From contig CBDUPA010000003.1 of the NCBI GenBank assembly GCA_965368975.1, positions 32,001-96,000 of the forward strand: a stretch of 64,000 nt of DNA. Reading direction: 5' to 3'. The notes under the pieces are model-generated. The model did not search any database and was not told the DNA's origin. It saw only the letters and a program-made list of their open reading frames with translations. Below, in pieces: positions 26,412 to 36,657 of the stretch. A program made the translations under genes and the position numbers. This stretch comes from an uncultured bacterium. GTDB lineage: Bacteria > Acidobacteriota > Thermoanaerobaculia > Multivoradales > JAHZIX01. Position 1 is the first letter of the stretch; each line of letters opens with the position of its first letter.

Positions 26412-29200
26412 GCGGCTGTACTTGTGCCAGTACCAGCGCCTGCGGCTGCTGCGATGGCCTGACGCGGCCAACGCCGGTCCTACACCACAACCGACCGGGC
26501 CTGTCGACGGTGCGCTTCCGTGTCGGTACCCACGGCCAATTCAAACAGAGCCTGCTCGCCGGTCTCACCACTGGTACTGGTACGGGCAGCGTCGACGCAG
26601 CCGCGCTGCGGGCTCTCACCACCCGCGACGACAGCGACTTCACCATTGCGCTACTCGACAGCTGGGCCGTGGTACTCGACGTGCTCAGCTTCTACCAGGA
26701 GCGCATCGCCAATGAAGACCTGCTGCGCACCGCGCTCGAACGGCGCTCGATCCTCGAACTGGCGCGCTTGATCGGCTACGCGCCGCATCCCGGAGCTGCC
26801 GCCGCGACCCACCTGAGCTTCGACCTCGACGCCTCCCCCGGCTCGCCAGCACGCATCGTCATCCCCGCTGGCACGCGCGTACAGAGCCAGCCGGGGCAAG
26901 ACGAATTGCCGCTCACCTTCGAGACCGACGCAGACCTGCCGGCCCGACCGGAGTGGAGCCGCCTGCCGGCCCGGCGCAGCGAGCCGCAGCACTTCAACGG
27001 CACCATCGACGTACTCTACCTGCAGGGCCCCGACAGTCAGCTCCAGCCCGGCGACCGCCTGATCCTGGAGTCCGCGCTCACCGAGCCGGTGGAAGTGCGC
27101 GACGTGCGCAGCGTGCAGAAGATCGTCGACGGCGCGCCGCAGACCTATACGCGCGTCGACGTTGCGTCGATCGACGGTGGCATCCCGCGCCTGGTTCCCG
27201 TCTGGCTGCCGGGGGGCGTCTACCCGCCGCTGAGCTCGGAAGAGCTGCAGCAGTTTAGCCCCGAATCGGTGCGCGAGCTGATTCTGGGTCGCAGCCGCTG
27301 GCCAGCCGAGGAGCTGCACGCCCTGGTCGAGGAGCGCGGCTGGGACCTGCAAGAGGTCGCGCAGCACCTGGAAGCCCTGCCGGCCCCGGCCGACGGTAGC
27401 TTCGAGTCGCTGCGTGTCTATGCCCTGCGTCGGCGCGCTGCCGCCTTCGGGCACAATGCCCTGAAGTGGAGCAGTCTGCCGGCGGCGCAGAAGTTCGGCG
27501 AGTGGGCGCGGGACGGGAACAACGCGCCGGTCTTCCTGCCCGGTGCCTACACGTCGAACTGGGACGGCAGGAAGCTGCATACCGATTCGCAGAACAATGC
27601 CTTGCTGGCCGGCCAGCTGCATCTCGACGCACCCTACGCCCGGCTGGTGGCCGGCGGTCGAGTGCTGCTGGAGAGTTCCGTCGCTGGCGAGACGGCACGC
27701 GTGTACAGCGTCGACGCCATCGACGAAGTCACCCGCGCGGACTATGGCATGAGCGCCAAGGTCAGTCGCCTGCAGCTGGACCCGGCCGCCGGTCTCGACG
27801 CCTTCACGCTGCGCGACACCAGCGTCTACGCCGAGAGCGAGCCCCTGCCGCTGGCGCGTCGGCCGCTGCTCGCCTGGATCGGTGGCGCTGAGTTGCCGCT
27901 GGATACCCTGGCCATCGGCTTGCTGCCCGGCCGCCGAGTGGTGGTCCGCGGTCGGCGCCTAGACCTCGGAGGTGTCGAGGCCAGCGAGACGCGCGTTCTG
28001 GCCGAAGTCGAGCACCGGCTCGACGAAGGCACCACGGTGCTCACCTTCGACGAACCGCTGGCCTACCGCTACGAGCGCGAGAGCGTCAGCGTCAACGCCA
28101 ACGTCGTGCTCGCCGACCACGGCGAGACGCAGCGCGAAGTGCTGGGCGGCGGTGATGCAGCGCGCCCCTACCAGAGCTTCACCCTGCGCCAGAAGCCGGT
28201 GACCCAGGTCAGCGCGGAGACGCCCAGTGGCGTCGAGCCGGCGCTGGAAGTGCGCGTCGGCGGTGTCCGCTGGTACCGCCGGCAACACGTGCTGGCACCG
28301 GATCCGTCTGGCGATGGACGCACCTACATCCTGGAACGTGACGACGACGGCAGCACACACGTGCACTTCGGCGGCGCCCGCCGCCTGCCCACCGGCCAGG
28401 CCAACGTCAGCGCGCGCTACCGCACGGGCCTCGGCGTCGCTGGCAACCTGGAGGCGGACCGCCTGCAGATGCTGGTCGATCGACCCCTGGGCGTCACCGG
28501 CGTCACCAATCCGCTGCCGGCCAGTGGTGGTGCCGATCCGGAGACCCTGGCACGCGCCCGAGGTAACGCTCCGGGCACCGTGCTGACCCTGGACCGGGTC
28601 GTGTCGCTGCGCGACTTCGAGGACTTTGCCAGCGCCTTCGGAGGCATCGCCAAGGCGCGCGCCGACCACGTCTGGGACGGTCGCCGCCGGGTCGTGTACG
28701 TCACCGTCGCCGGGGAAGCGGGCGCCGAGGTGACCCCAGGCCTACCGCTGTACGACAAGCTACGCGCGGCCATCGACCGCTACCGCGAGCCGTTCCAGCC
28801 GATGTTGCTGGCGAGCTACGCGCCGCGCCTCTTTCACCTCGCGGCACGCCTGCTGCCGCACCCGGATCACCTGCCCGAAGACGTGCTCGCCGCCGCGCAG
28901 GCAGCCCTCGCCGAGAACTTCAGCTTCGAGCGTCGCCGCCTGGGCGAGGTGGTCGCGGCCAGTGATGTCGTCTCCGTGCTGCAGGCGGTACCCGGCATGC
29001 TGGCCGTCGATCTCGACCACCTGTATCTCCACGGCGAGCCGGCGCTGCTGCAGCCCCGGCTTGTCGCCCTGCCGGCGCGCCGCGACAGCAGCCTCGACCC
29101 GAGCATCCACGGCGGTATCGCTGCTGCTGAACTGCTGACCCTGGCCCCCGGCGGCGCCGACCTGAGCACCGTCAGCCGCTTGCAGGAGGTGGCGTCATGA
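26408..29200 (+). CDS. Baseplate J-like protein 2 (Afp12-like)
   Basis: NRPGL, DVLSFYQERIANE, NPLPASGGADPE, DRVVSLRDFEDFA. Confidence 0.9.
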   Translation: MSGCTCASTSACGCCDGLTRPTPVLHHNRPGLSTVRFRVGTHGQFKQSLLAGLTTGTGTGSVDAAALRALTTRDDSDFTIALLDSWAVVLDVLSFYQERIANEDLLRTALERRSILELARLIGYAPHPGAAAATHLSFDLDASPGSPARIVIPAGTRVQSQPGQDELPLTFETDADLPARPEWSRLPARRSEPQHFNGTIDVLYLQGPDSQLQPGDRLILESALTEPVEVRDVRSVQKIVDGAPQTYTRVDVASIDGGIPRLVPVWLPGGVYPPLSSEELQQFSPESVRELILGRSRWPAEELHALVEERGWDLQEVAQHLEALPAPADGSFESLRVYALRRRAAAFGHNALKWSSLPAAQKFGEWARDGNNAPVFLPGAYTSNWDGRKLHTDSQNNALLAGQLHLDAPYARLVAGGRVLLESSVAGETARVYSVDAIDEVTRADYGMSAKVSRLQLDPAAGLDAFTLRDTSVYAESEPLPLARRPLLAWIGGAELPLDTLAIGLLPGRRVVVRGRRLDLGGVEASETRVLAEVEHRLDEGTTVLTFDEPLAYRYERESVSVNANVVLADHGETQREVLGGGDAARPYQSFTLRQKPVTQVSAETPSGVEPALEVRVGGVRWYRRQHVLAPDPSGDGRTYILERDDDGSTHVHFGGARRLPTGQANVSARYRTGLGVAGNLEADRLQMLVDRPLGVTGVTNPLPASGGADPETLARARGNAPGTVLTLDRVVSLRDFEDFASAFGGIAKARADHVWDGRRRVVYVTVAGEAGAEVTPGLPLYDKLRAAIDRYREPFQPMLLASYAPRLFHLAARLLPHPDHLPEDVLAAAQAALAENFSFERRRLGEVVAASDVVSVLQAVPGMLAVDLDHLYLHGEPALLQPRLVALPARRDSSLDPSIHGGIAAAELLTLAPGGADLSTVSRLQEVAS

Positions 29201-31515
29201 ACGAGCCCGCGCGCGACCAGGCGCCGTTCCTGGATACTGACAGCCTCTACCAGCTGCTGCCAGCGGTGCACCGTCACCGCGACGCCGAGCAAGGCTACCC
29301 CCTACGCGCGCTGATCGCCTTGCTGGCGCGCGAAGGCATGGTGGTTGAGCGCGACATCTTCCGCCTGCACGAGAACGCCTTCATCGAGACCTGCGATCCG
29401 TGGGTGGTGGCCTACATCGGCGACTTGCTGGGCATCGAGCCGCTCGCCGACACCGGTCGCAGCGCCCGTGCCGAGGTGGCCAACACCCTCGGCTACCGCC
29501 GGCGCAAGGGCACCCTGGGCGTGGTCGAAGACCTGGCGCGCACCGTGACCGGCTGGCCGGCGCGCGCGGTCGAGGGCTTCCAGCATCTGGCGACCACGCA
29601 GCACACGCGGCACCGGCGCCTGCACGCTCTGCGCGCTCCGGATCTACGCCAGCATAGCGAGGGTGGCCAGGCGCACCGACAGCCGCTGTACTTGGAACAG
29701 CTCGGGGGTGCCCCTTACGGCGGTTCGCCGCATGGCAGCCTATTCGCCGCCGGTCCCTTCGACCCGACGCTGCGCACCCTCGACGTACGCCGCGCCGACC
29801 CACGCCGGCACGGCGGTCCCGAAGGCGGTCCGCACCCGCGCTACCGTGCCGCCTGGCACGGCCTGCCGCACGTCGCTGTACACCTGTGGCGGCTGCTACC
29901 GTATCCGCTGCGCCGCGTCGTGCCGGCGCGCGTCGACGACAATCCGGACCAGATCCTACCCGGTCAGAACCCGCGCTACACCTTCTCGACGCTCGGCCAG
30001 GACGTTCCGCTGTGGCGCCTGCCGCAGCCGGAAGGCTCGTACTTCGGGCTGCCCGGCGCCAGTGTTGGTGACGGCGCCGCCATTTCGAGCCTGGCTGGCG
30101 AGCTGCACGTGCCGTCACCGATTCGCCGCCGTCACCTGCACGCGCAGTTCGAAGGCCACGTGCCGGCGGTGGCGGGGGAGCCGGCGGACTACGGTCCGGC
30201 GCGTAGCCTCGAAGTCGAGGTCGACGGCGCGGTGGTACCTGCGGCGACCCTGATGGTGTGCGACCTCAGCGGCTGGACGCACCGACCTCCCGCCGGCCGC
30301 ATCGCCGTCGACCCGCGGCTCGGCCGTCTCGCTTTCGCTGACGGCGAAGCTCCGGGCGACATCTTCGTCAGCTGGCACCACGCTGCGCCCGCCGATCTGG
30401 GCGCTGGCGGCTACGACCGCACGGAGAGCTTCACGACTATCGAAGGCGAGACCGTGCTCGGCGTCGGTGCCGGCGAAGCCTTCGCGGACATCGAAGCGGC
30501 ACTGGTTCATTGGGGCAACCTGCTGGACGCCGAAGGCTCGCGACCGTCGGTGGTGATCGAGATCCGCGACAGCGCCAGCTACCGCCAGACGCTGGTGATC
30601 GACGTGCCGGCCAACCGCCGCGTCGAGCTGCGCGCCGCTGACCGCCAGCGGCCCACTGTCCACCTCGCGGCGACCCTGCAGGTCAGCGGTGGCGAAGGCA
30701 GCGCCTTCGAGCTCAACGGCCTGCTGCTGACCACCAGCGCCGTGCGCACCGCCGGTCAGCTCAACCAGCTGCGCATCGTCCATTGCACGCTGGTGCCCGG
30801 TCGCTCGGTAGCTGCCGACGGCACGCCCGACGATCCCGGTGCCGCCAGCCTCGAGATCACCAGCGCCACCACCGAGGCACGCCTGGAACGCTCGATCCTG
30901 GGCCCGCTGCGCGTCGCGCCCGAGGCGCAGGCCGAGCTGGTCGACTGCATCGTCGACGCCGCACCGCTCGAGCCTTGGCCAGCTGGCGGCAGCGAGAATC
31001 CCCCCATCGGCACGCCCCTGGGGAGTGTCTACGGCGGTCCCGGTGCGCCCGCGGCGGACAACTACGGCGGTGCCCTGACGGCTGTCTCCTGCACCTTCCT
31101 GGGCAGCATCCTGGCGCGCCAGCTGACCCTCGGCGACAGCTGCCTGTTCCTGGCGCCGGTACACGCCGAGCGCCGGCAGCAGGGCTGCGTGCGCTACAGC
31201 TACGTCGCCCCCGGCTCGCGCGTGCCGCGCCGCTACCGCTGCCAACCCGACGTGCCCGAGGAGATCGCACCCGCCCAGGCCCGGCGTCTGCGCGACCGGG
31301 TGCGACCGCGCCTGCTGTCCGCCCGCTACGGCACGCCGCACTACGCCCGCCTGCACCCGGCCTGCCCGCAAGAGATCTTCCGCGGCGCCGCCGACCAAGC
31401 CGAGATGGGCGTCTTCCAACATCTGCGTCAACCACAGCGCCTGGACAACCTGCGCCGCCGACTCAGTGAATACCTGCCGGTAGGCCGCCAGGCCGGCATC
31501 TTCTTCAGCACCTGA
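29197..31515 (+). CDS. P2 gpI-like tail/baseplate protein with extended C-terminus
   Basis: LYQLLPAVHR.RD, FIETCDPWVVAYIGDLLG, RRRKGT, GCVRYSYV, EMGVF. Confidence 0.8.
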   Translation: MNEPARDQAPFLDTDSLYQLLPAVHRHRDAEQGYPLRALIALLAREGMVVERDIFRLHENAFIETCDPWVVAYIGDLLGIEPLADTGRSARAEVANTLGYRRRKGTLGVVEDLARTVTGWPARAVEGFQHLATTQHTRHRRLHALRAPDLRQHSEGGQAHRQPLYLEQLGGAPYGGSPHGSLFAAGPFDPTLRTLDVRRADPRRHGGPEGGPHPRYRAAWHGLPHVAVHLWRLLPYPLRRVVPARVDDNPDQILPGQNPRYTFSTLGQDVPLWRLPQPEGSYFGLPGASVGDGAAISSLAGELHVPSPIRRRHLHAQFEGHVPAVAGEPADYGPARSLEVEVDGAVVPAATLMVCDLSGWTHRPPAGRIAVDPRLGRLAFADGEAPGDIFVSWHHAAPADLGAGGYDRTESFTTIEGETVLGVGAGEAFADIEAALVHWGNLLDAEGSRPSVVIEIRDSASYRQTLVIDVPANRRVELRAADRQRPTVHLAATLQVSGGEGSAFELNGLLLTTSAVRTAGQLNQLRIVHCTLVPGRSVAADGTPDDPGAASLEITSATTEARLERSILGPLRVAPEAQAELVDCIVDAAPLEPWPAGGSENPPIGTPLGSVYGGPGAPAADNYGGALTAVSCTFLGSILARQLTLGDSCLFLAPVHAERRQQGCVRYSYVAPGSRVPRRYRCQPDVPEEIAPAQARRLRDRVRPRLLSARYGTPHYARLHPACPQEIFRGAADQAEMGVFQHLRQPQRLDNLRRRLSEYLPVGRQAGIFFST

Positions 31516-31539
31516 GCTGGAGAGTACGAGGAGCGAGAC

Positions 31540-34500
31540 ATGCGAGGCGATTTCTCCCGCGACACCTTCCGCCCAGCCAAGGGCTATACCAGCGTCCGCT
31601 CGCAGCAGGGTCGAGTGCAGACCGACGCCGAATGGAACGAGCAGAGCGACATCCTGAACCACCTGCGTCACACCGCGCTGACCGACGTCATCGGTCCGTG
31701 CGGCGCCCCCGAGAACGGTGGTGGCTTCGAGATCGGCGTGACGCCCGCCGGCACCGACCTGACCGTCTCCGCCGGCCGCTTCTACGTCCACGGCATCCTG
31801 TGCGAGAGCGAGGGCTTCCGCTACTCCGAGCAGCCCGGCGTTGATGGTCCGCCACCGCCCGAACTGCCGAACCAGCCGACCGGCGTGCTGGTCTACCTGG
31901 ACGTCTTCCAGCGTCACATGACCTTCCTCGACGATGCCGAGATGCGCGAGAGTGCGCTCGGCGGGCCCGACACCACGAGCCGCCTCAAGACCGAGTGCCG
32001 CGTCGGTCTGCTGGAGGTGCCGCCGGGTACCGAGTGTCCGGACAACCCGCAGGCATGGATCGACCTCACCGCACCGCCCGCCGGCCGCCTGCGCGCCCGC
32101 ACGCGTCCCGACGACGCCGGCGCCGACCCTTGCATCGTGCCGCCGGGTGCCGGCTACACGCGCTTGGAGAACCAGTTCTACCGCGTCGAAGTACACGAGG
32201 GGGGCGCCCTCGGAGCTGGAAATGCTGCGGCGACTTTCAAGTGGTCGCGCGAGAACGGCTCGGTGGTCACCGAATGGCTGGCGCAAGATGCCGGCGACCC
32301 GGACCGCCTGACCGTTGCCGACACCGGTCGCGACGAGCTGCTCGGCTTCGCCGCCGACCAGTGGATCGAGCTGCTCGACACGCCGCGCGAGCTGGCCGGT
32401 GAGCCGGGCCTACTGGTGCGCATCGCGGCGGTCGAGGGTGACGTGCTGGTGATCGACCCGAACGGCCAAGTGGTCGACTTCAACGACTTCGAAGCACCGC
32501 GCAAGGTGCGGCGCTGGGAGTCGGCCGGCGCGGTGACGGTGGAACAGCCGGCGGCCAACCAGGGCTACCTACGGCTCGAAGGCGGCCTCGAAGTGCGCTT
32601 CGAAGGCGGCCCCTTCCGCACCGGCGACTGGTGGTGGGTGCCGGCACGTACTTTCGTCGGCGAGCTGGCCGGCGACATCGAGTGGCCCTGGGACGACGCG
32701 ACCAACCAGCCCGCGGCCCTGCCGCCCGAGGGCGTCGACCACCACTACTGCAAGCTGGCGGTGGTGCCTTGGGACGGCGCCGCCTTCGGTCAGCCCGAGG
32801 ACTGCCGTCCCGAATTCCCGCCGCTCACCGACCCCCGCGCCGAGGGCTGCTGCACCTTCGTGGTGCGGCCTGGTGAGTCGATCCAGCAAGCGCTCGACGA
32901 CCTACCCGACGCCGGTGGCTGTGTTTGCCTCAAGGTGGGCGACCATTTCATCGAGCAGCCGCTGGTCCTGCGTCGACCGCGCGTCACCCTGCACGGTGAG
33001 ACCATTGGCGCGCGCCTGATCCGCCGCGGCGGTGTGCACGCGATCAACGTCGTGCAAGCCGCGGACGTCACGATTGCCGACCTTGCCGTACGTGGGGAGG
33101 TGGCGGTGCAGGTCAATGCGGCCGAAGAACTGGCGCTGATCACCGGCCGCTTTGCCAGCGGCCTGCACGTCGAGCGGTGCCGGCTCTTCGTGCCGCCCGA
33201 AGCCCTGCTGGCGGTCGGCGTCGACCTGGCCTTCAGTGCGTACGCGCAGCTGCAGCACAGCGAGATCGACGGCTGCATGGTCGCCGTACTGACGGCGGCC
33301 TGCGATCGCTTCGAAGCGCGGGCCAATCGCTTGCTCGGGCCTGTCGCCACGCTCGAGGGCGCTGCCGTCCAGGGCGAGACCGGCATCCTCAGCGGCGAGG
33401 CCGTCGGCCACGTCATCGCCGACAACGAATTCGGCAGCTACGCGACCGCGGTCCGGCTCCTTGAAGCCGTCAATGCCGCGCCTGCTGATCGCGTACGGCT
33501 GGTCAGCCGGATCTCCGGTAACCGCATCGAGAGGCCCAGCGGCCTGGACGATCCTGCCAGCGGGAACCCTCGCTTCGCCATCGATGTCGAGGCGACCGGC
33601 ACCGAGATCGCGGACAACCGCCTCAGCTTGCCGACGCCGTTCTCCGGGGGCATTCAGGTCGCGGGTACAGGTGCCGTCATCTCGACCAATACCATCACCA
33701 GTATCGTCGCCGGCAACGCTGCCAGCCTGGCGGAAGCTGTCCCGGTGGGTATTCGCTTGCGGCATCGACCAGGGCTCCTGGCCAGCTGCGTGCGCGACAA
33801 CCAGCTGAGCGGCATCCAGGACGCCATCGACATCGTCGAGTGCCGGCAAGTGCTGGTGGCTGACAACCGCATCACCGGCCGGCGCGTGGTGGTCGCCGCT
33901 GACGATCCGGTCGTCGCCATCCGGCTGTTCGAGTGTCGCGATTGCCGCGTCAGCGGTAATCGGCTGCAGGATGTGCCCGTCGGCATCTTCCTGGAGGATG
34001 GCCGCGACAATCAGCTCGAGGGCAATCGCATCGTGGCCGTGCAGGTCGGCTGCGGTGCCTTGGCCGAGACTCGCCTGCAAAGCCGAGACAATCGTGTCAC
34101 CGGCGCCGCCCTCGGCTTCGGCGGCGTCAACCTCGCCGGTCTCACCGGCCTGCACGGCGATCGTTACGAGAACTGTGGCTACTTGCCGCTGCCGAATGTC
34201 GGTGTCGGTAGCAGTATCACCGTCGCTGGCATCGCCGGTGATCTGCACATCGAAGGCTGCGAGGTGCGCAACACCGGTCTGTCACCGGGCAGCGAGGTGG
34301 TGATCGGCGGTCCCGCTATCGGTATCAGCGGCGCCGGCATTTTGCAGTGTCGTCTGCAGGACAACTACGTCGGCTACGATGCCGAGATTCTCACCGGTAC
34401 CGATGTCGAGTTCTTCGGTCGCGAGCATCGCGCCGTGTGGTTGCTGGGCCTCGTCGAATACCAGATTCAGGATGACTTTGTGATCGGCTACGGCGCACAA

Positions 34501-34875
34501 CTGCTCGGCAACCGCCTGCTCGGGCCCGGCCTGTCGGCCCTTGTCGAGCTGCCTCAGCAGCCAGTCTCGCAGAACTTCAACATTCGCTTTGAACGCGTCC
34601 AGTTCAGCGACAACCATGTCTGGCACTGGACGGTGCTGGGACCTGATGTCGCCGGCGGTGCTGGCGTACTCATCCCCGAAGATGCCACCACCGTACGCCT
34701 GGGAACTGGCTCCGCCATCGTCATGGGCAACCACATCAAGACCAACTCCCCGCGGGCTTCATCTGTCGACTTCCAGGGCGCGCAGAGCGTCTTCGTCGGC
34801 AACGTCACAGCCGCGGGTGCCGTGGGTGCGGCAGATTTCCCGGCCCCCGAGAACAACTTCAACCGCTTGCGCTAG
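31540..34875 (+). CDS. DUF6519-type tail fibre with right-handed beta-helix repeats
   Basis: MRGDFSRDTF...QQGRVQTDAEWNEQ, LENQFYRVEVH, FKWSRENGSV; many IxxNxI/L repeats in the C-terminal half. Confidence 0.85.
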   Translation: MRGDFSRDTFRPAKGYTSVRSQQGRVQTDAEWNEQSDILNHLRHTALTDVIGPCGAPENGGGFEIGVTPAGTDLTVSAGRFYVHGILCESEGFRYSEQPGVDGPPPPELPNQPTGVLVYLDVFQRHMTFLDDAEMRESALGGPDTTSRLKTECRVGLLEVPPGTECPDNPQAWIDLTAPPAGRLRARTRPDDAGADPCIVPPGAGYTRLENQFYRVEVHEGGALGAGNAAATFKWSRENGSVVTEWLAQDAGDPDRLTVADTGRDELLGFAADQWIELLDTPRELAGEPGLLVRIAAVEGDVLVIDPNGQVVDFNDFEAPRKVRRWESAGAVTVEQPAANQGYLRLEGGLEVRFEGGPFRTGDWWWVPARTFVGELAGDIEWPWDDATNQPAALPPEGVDHHYCKLAVVPWDGAAFGQPEDCRPEFPPLTDPRAEGCCTFVVRPGESIQQALDDLPDAGGCVCLKVGDHFIEQPLVLRRPRVTLHGETIGARLIRRGGVHAINVVQAADVTIADLAVRGEVAVQVNAAEELALITGRFASGLHVERCRLFVPPEALLAVGVDLAFSAYAQLQHSEIDGCMVAVLTAACDRFEARANRLLGPVATLEGAAVQGETGILSGEAVGHVIADNEFGSYATAVRLLEAVNAAPADRVRLVSRISGNRIERPSGLDDPASGNPRFAIDVEATGTEIADNRLSLPTPFSGGIQVAGTGAVISTNTITSIVAGNAASLAEAVPVGIRLRHRPGLLASCVRDNQLSGIQDAIDIVECRQVLVADNRITGRRVVVAADDPVVAIRLFECRDCRVSGNRLQDVPVGIFLEDGRDNQLEGNRIVAVQVGCGALAETRLQSRDNRVTGAALGFGGVNLAGLTGLHGDRYENCGYLPLPNVGVGSSITVAGIAGDLHIEGCEVRNTGLSPGSEVVIGGPAIGISGAGILQCRLQDNYVGYDAEILTGTDVEFFGREHRAVWLLGLVEYQIQDDFVIGYGAQLLGNRLLGPGLSALVELPQQPVSQNFNIRFERVQFSDNHVWHWTVLGPDVAGGAGVLIPEDATTVRLGTGSAIVMGNHIKTNSPRASSVDFQGAQSVFVGNVTAAGAVGAADFPAPENNFNRLR

Positions 34876-34914
34876 TTCCATCCACTGCGCCTCTCACACT
34901 CAGGAGATTCCGTC

Positions 34915-35268
34915 ATGGCCAAGAAGTCCTCCAGCGCCGCCGAGGCCCCTACCTTCGAGCTCCAGCGCACCGCCTTCCTCGGGCGACTCGGCGAGCGTCT
35001 GCAAGCGGCCCAAGCCGGTAGACTGCCCGCTGACTCCGGCCTGCGCGACAAACAAGGCCACCTGCAGCGCCTGCGCGACCGGCTTGAAGGTGCCCGTCAA
35101 GCGCGTGACGAAGCAGTACAGCGCTTCGAGCGCGAAATCGAGACCTACCGCGGCGAGATCACGCGCCTGGAGCGCGAGATCTACCAGGAACAGGCGCAGT
35201 TGAAGAAGGCACAGAAGGGGAGCAAGAAGAGCAGCGGCAAGACGACGCGGAAGATCGCGCGGAAGTAG
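34915..35268 (+). CDS. Small coiled-coil protein with Lys-rich tail (last eCIS gene)
   Basis: AGGAG RBS; heptad-like E/R/Q-rich helix. Confidence 0.65.
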   Translation: MAKKSSSAAEAPTFELQRTAFLGRLGERLQAAQAGRLPADSGLRDKQGHLQRLRDRLEGARQARDEAVQRFEREIETYRGEITRLEREIYQEQAQLKKAQKGSKKSSGKTTRKIARK

Positions 35269-35280
35269 GAATCCGATTCC

Positions 35281-36480
35281 TTAGCGCATCCATCCCCGCT
35301 GCAACCCCAGCGTCGCCTGCCAATGGGCGGCCAACTCCGCCATCGAGTCGCCGCCCAGTTTCTCCTGCAACGCGTCCGCCAGCACCAACGCCACCATCGC
35401 CTCGGCGATCACCCCGGCTGCCGGCAGCGCCGTGACGTCTGAGCGCTCGTACTGCGACGCGTGCGCCTCGCCGGTGTCCAGGTCGACGCTCGGCAATCCC
35501 TTGCGCAGCGTCGCGATCGGCTTCTTGTAGGCGGTGATCACCAGGTCCATGCCGTTGGTCACGCCCCCCTCCAGGCCTCCAGCTCGGTTCGTCGTCCGCG
35601 GCCAGGTGACGCTCGCTTCCGCAGAACCGTCCGGCCCGCGCGGCTCGATCGCGTCGTGCGCATCCGTGCCCCAGCCACTGGCCGCCGTCACTCCATGCCC
35701 GATCTCCACCGCCTTCACCGCCGGCACCGACATCACCGCCTGCGCCAGCCGGCCGTCCAGCTTCTCGCTCCACTGCACGTGCGAACCCAGGCCCACCGGC
35801 ACGTTGTGCGCGATCACCGTCACCGCTCCGCCCAGGGTCTCGCCCTTCTCCTTGGCCTCGTCCACCAGGCGCAGCATCTCCGGCTCTAGCGACGTGTCGA
35901 TGGCGCGCAGCGGCGACGTATCGTCCATCGCTTGCAGGTCGTCCCAGGTCGGTGGGGGAGCGTCGGCACCGATCGGCCCGAGCGAGCGCACACCGCTGTG
36001 CACCTCGACGCCGAAGTGCGCCAGCAACATCCGTGCAAAGGCCCCGCCCGCCACCCGCGCTGCCGTCTCGCGCGCCGAAGCCCGCTCCAGAATGTCACGC
36101 AGATCGGAACGCAAATACTTCTGTCCACCCGCCAGGTCCGTATGCCCCGGCCGTGGCTGGTGCACCCGCCGCTGCTCGGCCCGCCGCGCGTCCACTTCCA
36201 CCGGGTCCATCATCGGCTGCCAGTTCTTGAAGTCCCGGTTCTCGATCCACAGCACGATCGGCGACCCCAGCGTTTCCCCCCCGCGCACCCCCCCGCGAAT
36301 CTCCGCCGTGTCCTGCTCGATCTGCATCCGTCGCCCCCGCCCGTATCCATGCTGGCGCCGTCGTAGCTGTGTCCGCAGCACTTCGAAGTCCACGGACATG
36401 CCCGCCGGCATGCCTGTCAGTATCGCGGTCAAACCGGGGCCGTGACTCTCCCCGCCGGTCGTGAAACTCAGTTTGCGCAT
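35281..36480 (-). CDS. aroC: Chorismate synthase
   Basis: MRKLSFTTGGESHG, RRQHGYGRG.R, PRPGHTDL, ERASARETA, GGLEGG, ERSD. Confidence 0.97.
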   Translation of the reverse strand: MRKLSFTTGGESHGPGLTAILTGMPAGMSVDFEVLRTQLRRRQHGYGRGRRMQIEQDTAEIRGGVRGGETLGSPIVLWIENRDFKNWQPMMDPVEVDARRAEQRRVHQPRPGHTDLAGGQKYLRSDLRDILERASARETAARVAGGAFARMLLAHFGVEVHSGVRSLGPIGADAPPPTWDDLQAMDDTSPLRAIDTSLEPEMLRLVDEAKEKGETLGGAVTVIAHNVPVGLGSHVQWSEKLDGRLAQAVMSVPAVKAVEIGHGVTAASGWGTDAHDAIEPRGPDGSAEASVTWPRTTNRAGGLEGGVTNGMDLVITAYKKPIATLRKGLPSVDLDTGEAHASQYERSDVTALPAAGVIAEAMVALVLADALQEKLGGDSMAELAAHWQATLGLQRGWMR

Positions 36481-36597
36481 GGCCGCGGAGTTTATCAGTC
36501 CTAGGGGCACGTCTCTTTCGCCAGGTTACAGAAAATGAAGGAATGCAGATGGAGCGTTACAACAGAAAATATATGTGCCAAGAGAGAAAAATAGGGC

Positions 36598-36626
36598 TTG
36601 CAAAGAGATATCACGTCTGCTACTAT
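36598..36626 (+). promoter_or_regulatory. sigma70-type promoter TTGCAA-N17-TACTAT
   Basis: Consensus-like boxes with a 17-nt spacer and an A-rich upstream segment. Confidence 0.65.
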
Positions 36627-36641
36627 CTCCTCGCTGCTTCT

Positions 36642-36657
36642 GTGGAAACGTTTCCAC
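36642..36657. promoter_or_regulatory. Perfect 16-bp palindrome GTGGAAACGTTTCCAC, LacI-family operator-like
   Basis: GAAACGTTTC core just downstream of the predicted promoter. Confidence 0.6.

Larger units (their letters stand above)
4776..35268 (+). other. Extracellular contractile injection system (eCIS) gene cluster
   Basis: Co-oriented, overlapping phage-tail-like genes plus DUF4255 cap, AAA+ ATPase and DUF4157 genes. No capsid, terminase, integrase or T6SS membrane-complex genes. Confidence 0.92.

Noticed and set aside
30115-32286. Long antisense ORFs (e.g. 723 aa here; also 41286-42668, 47214-48776, 11991-13409)
   Set aside because: Shadow ORFs of high-GC coding strands, with no motifs and fully overlapping well-supported genes.
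4776-35268. Prophage or T6SS interpretation of the tail genes
   Set aside because: No capsid, portal, terminase or integrase, and no TssJ/L/M or ClpV. DUF4255, an Afp15-type ATPase and DUF4157 indicate an eCIS.
36565-36580. sigma54-like TGGCAC on the minus strand (also 44154 on plus)
   Set aside because: The -12 GC element is missing at the required spacing.
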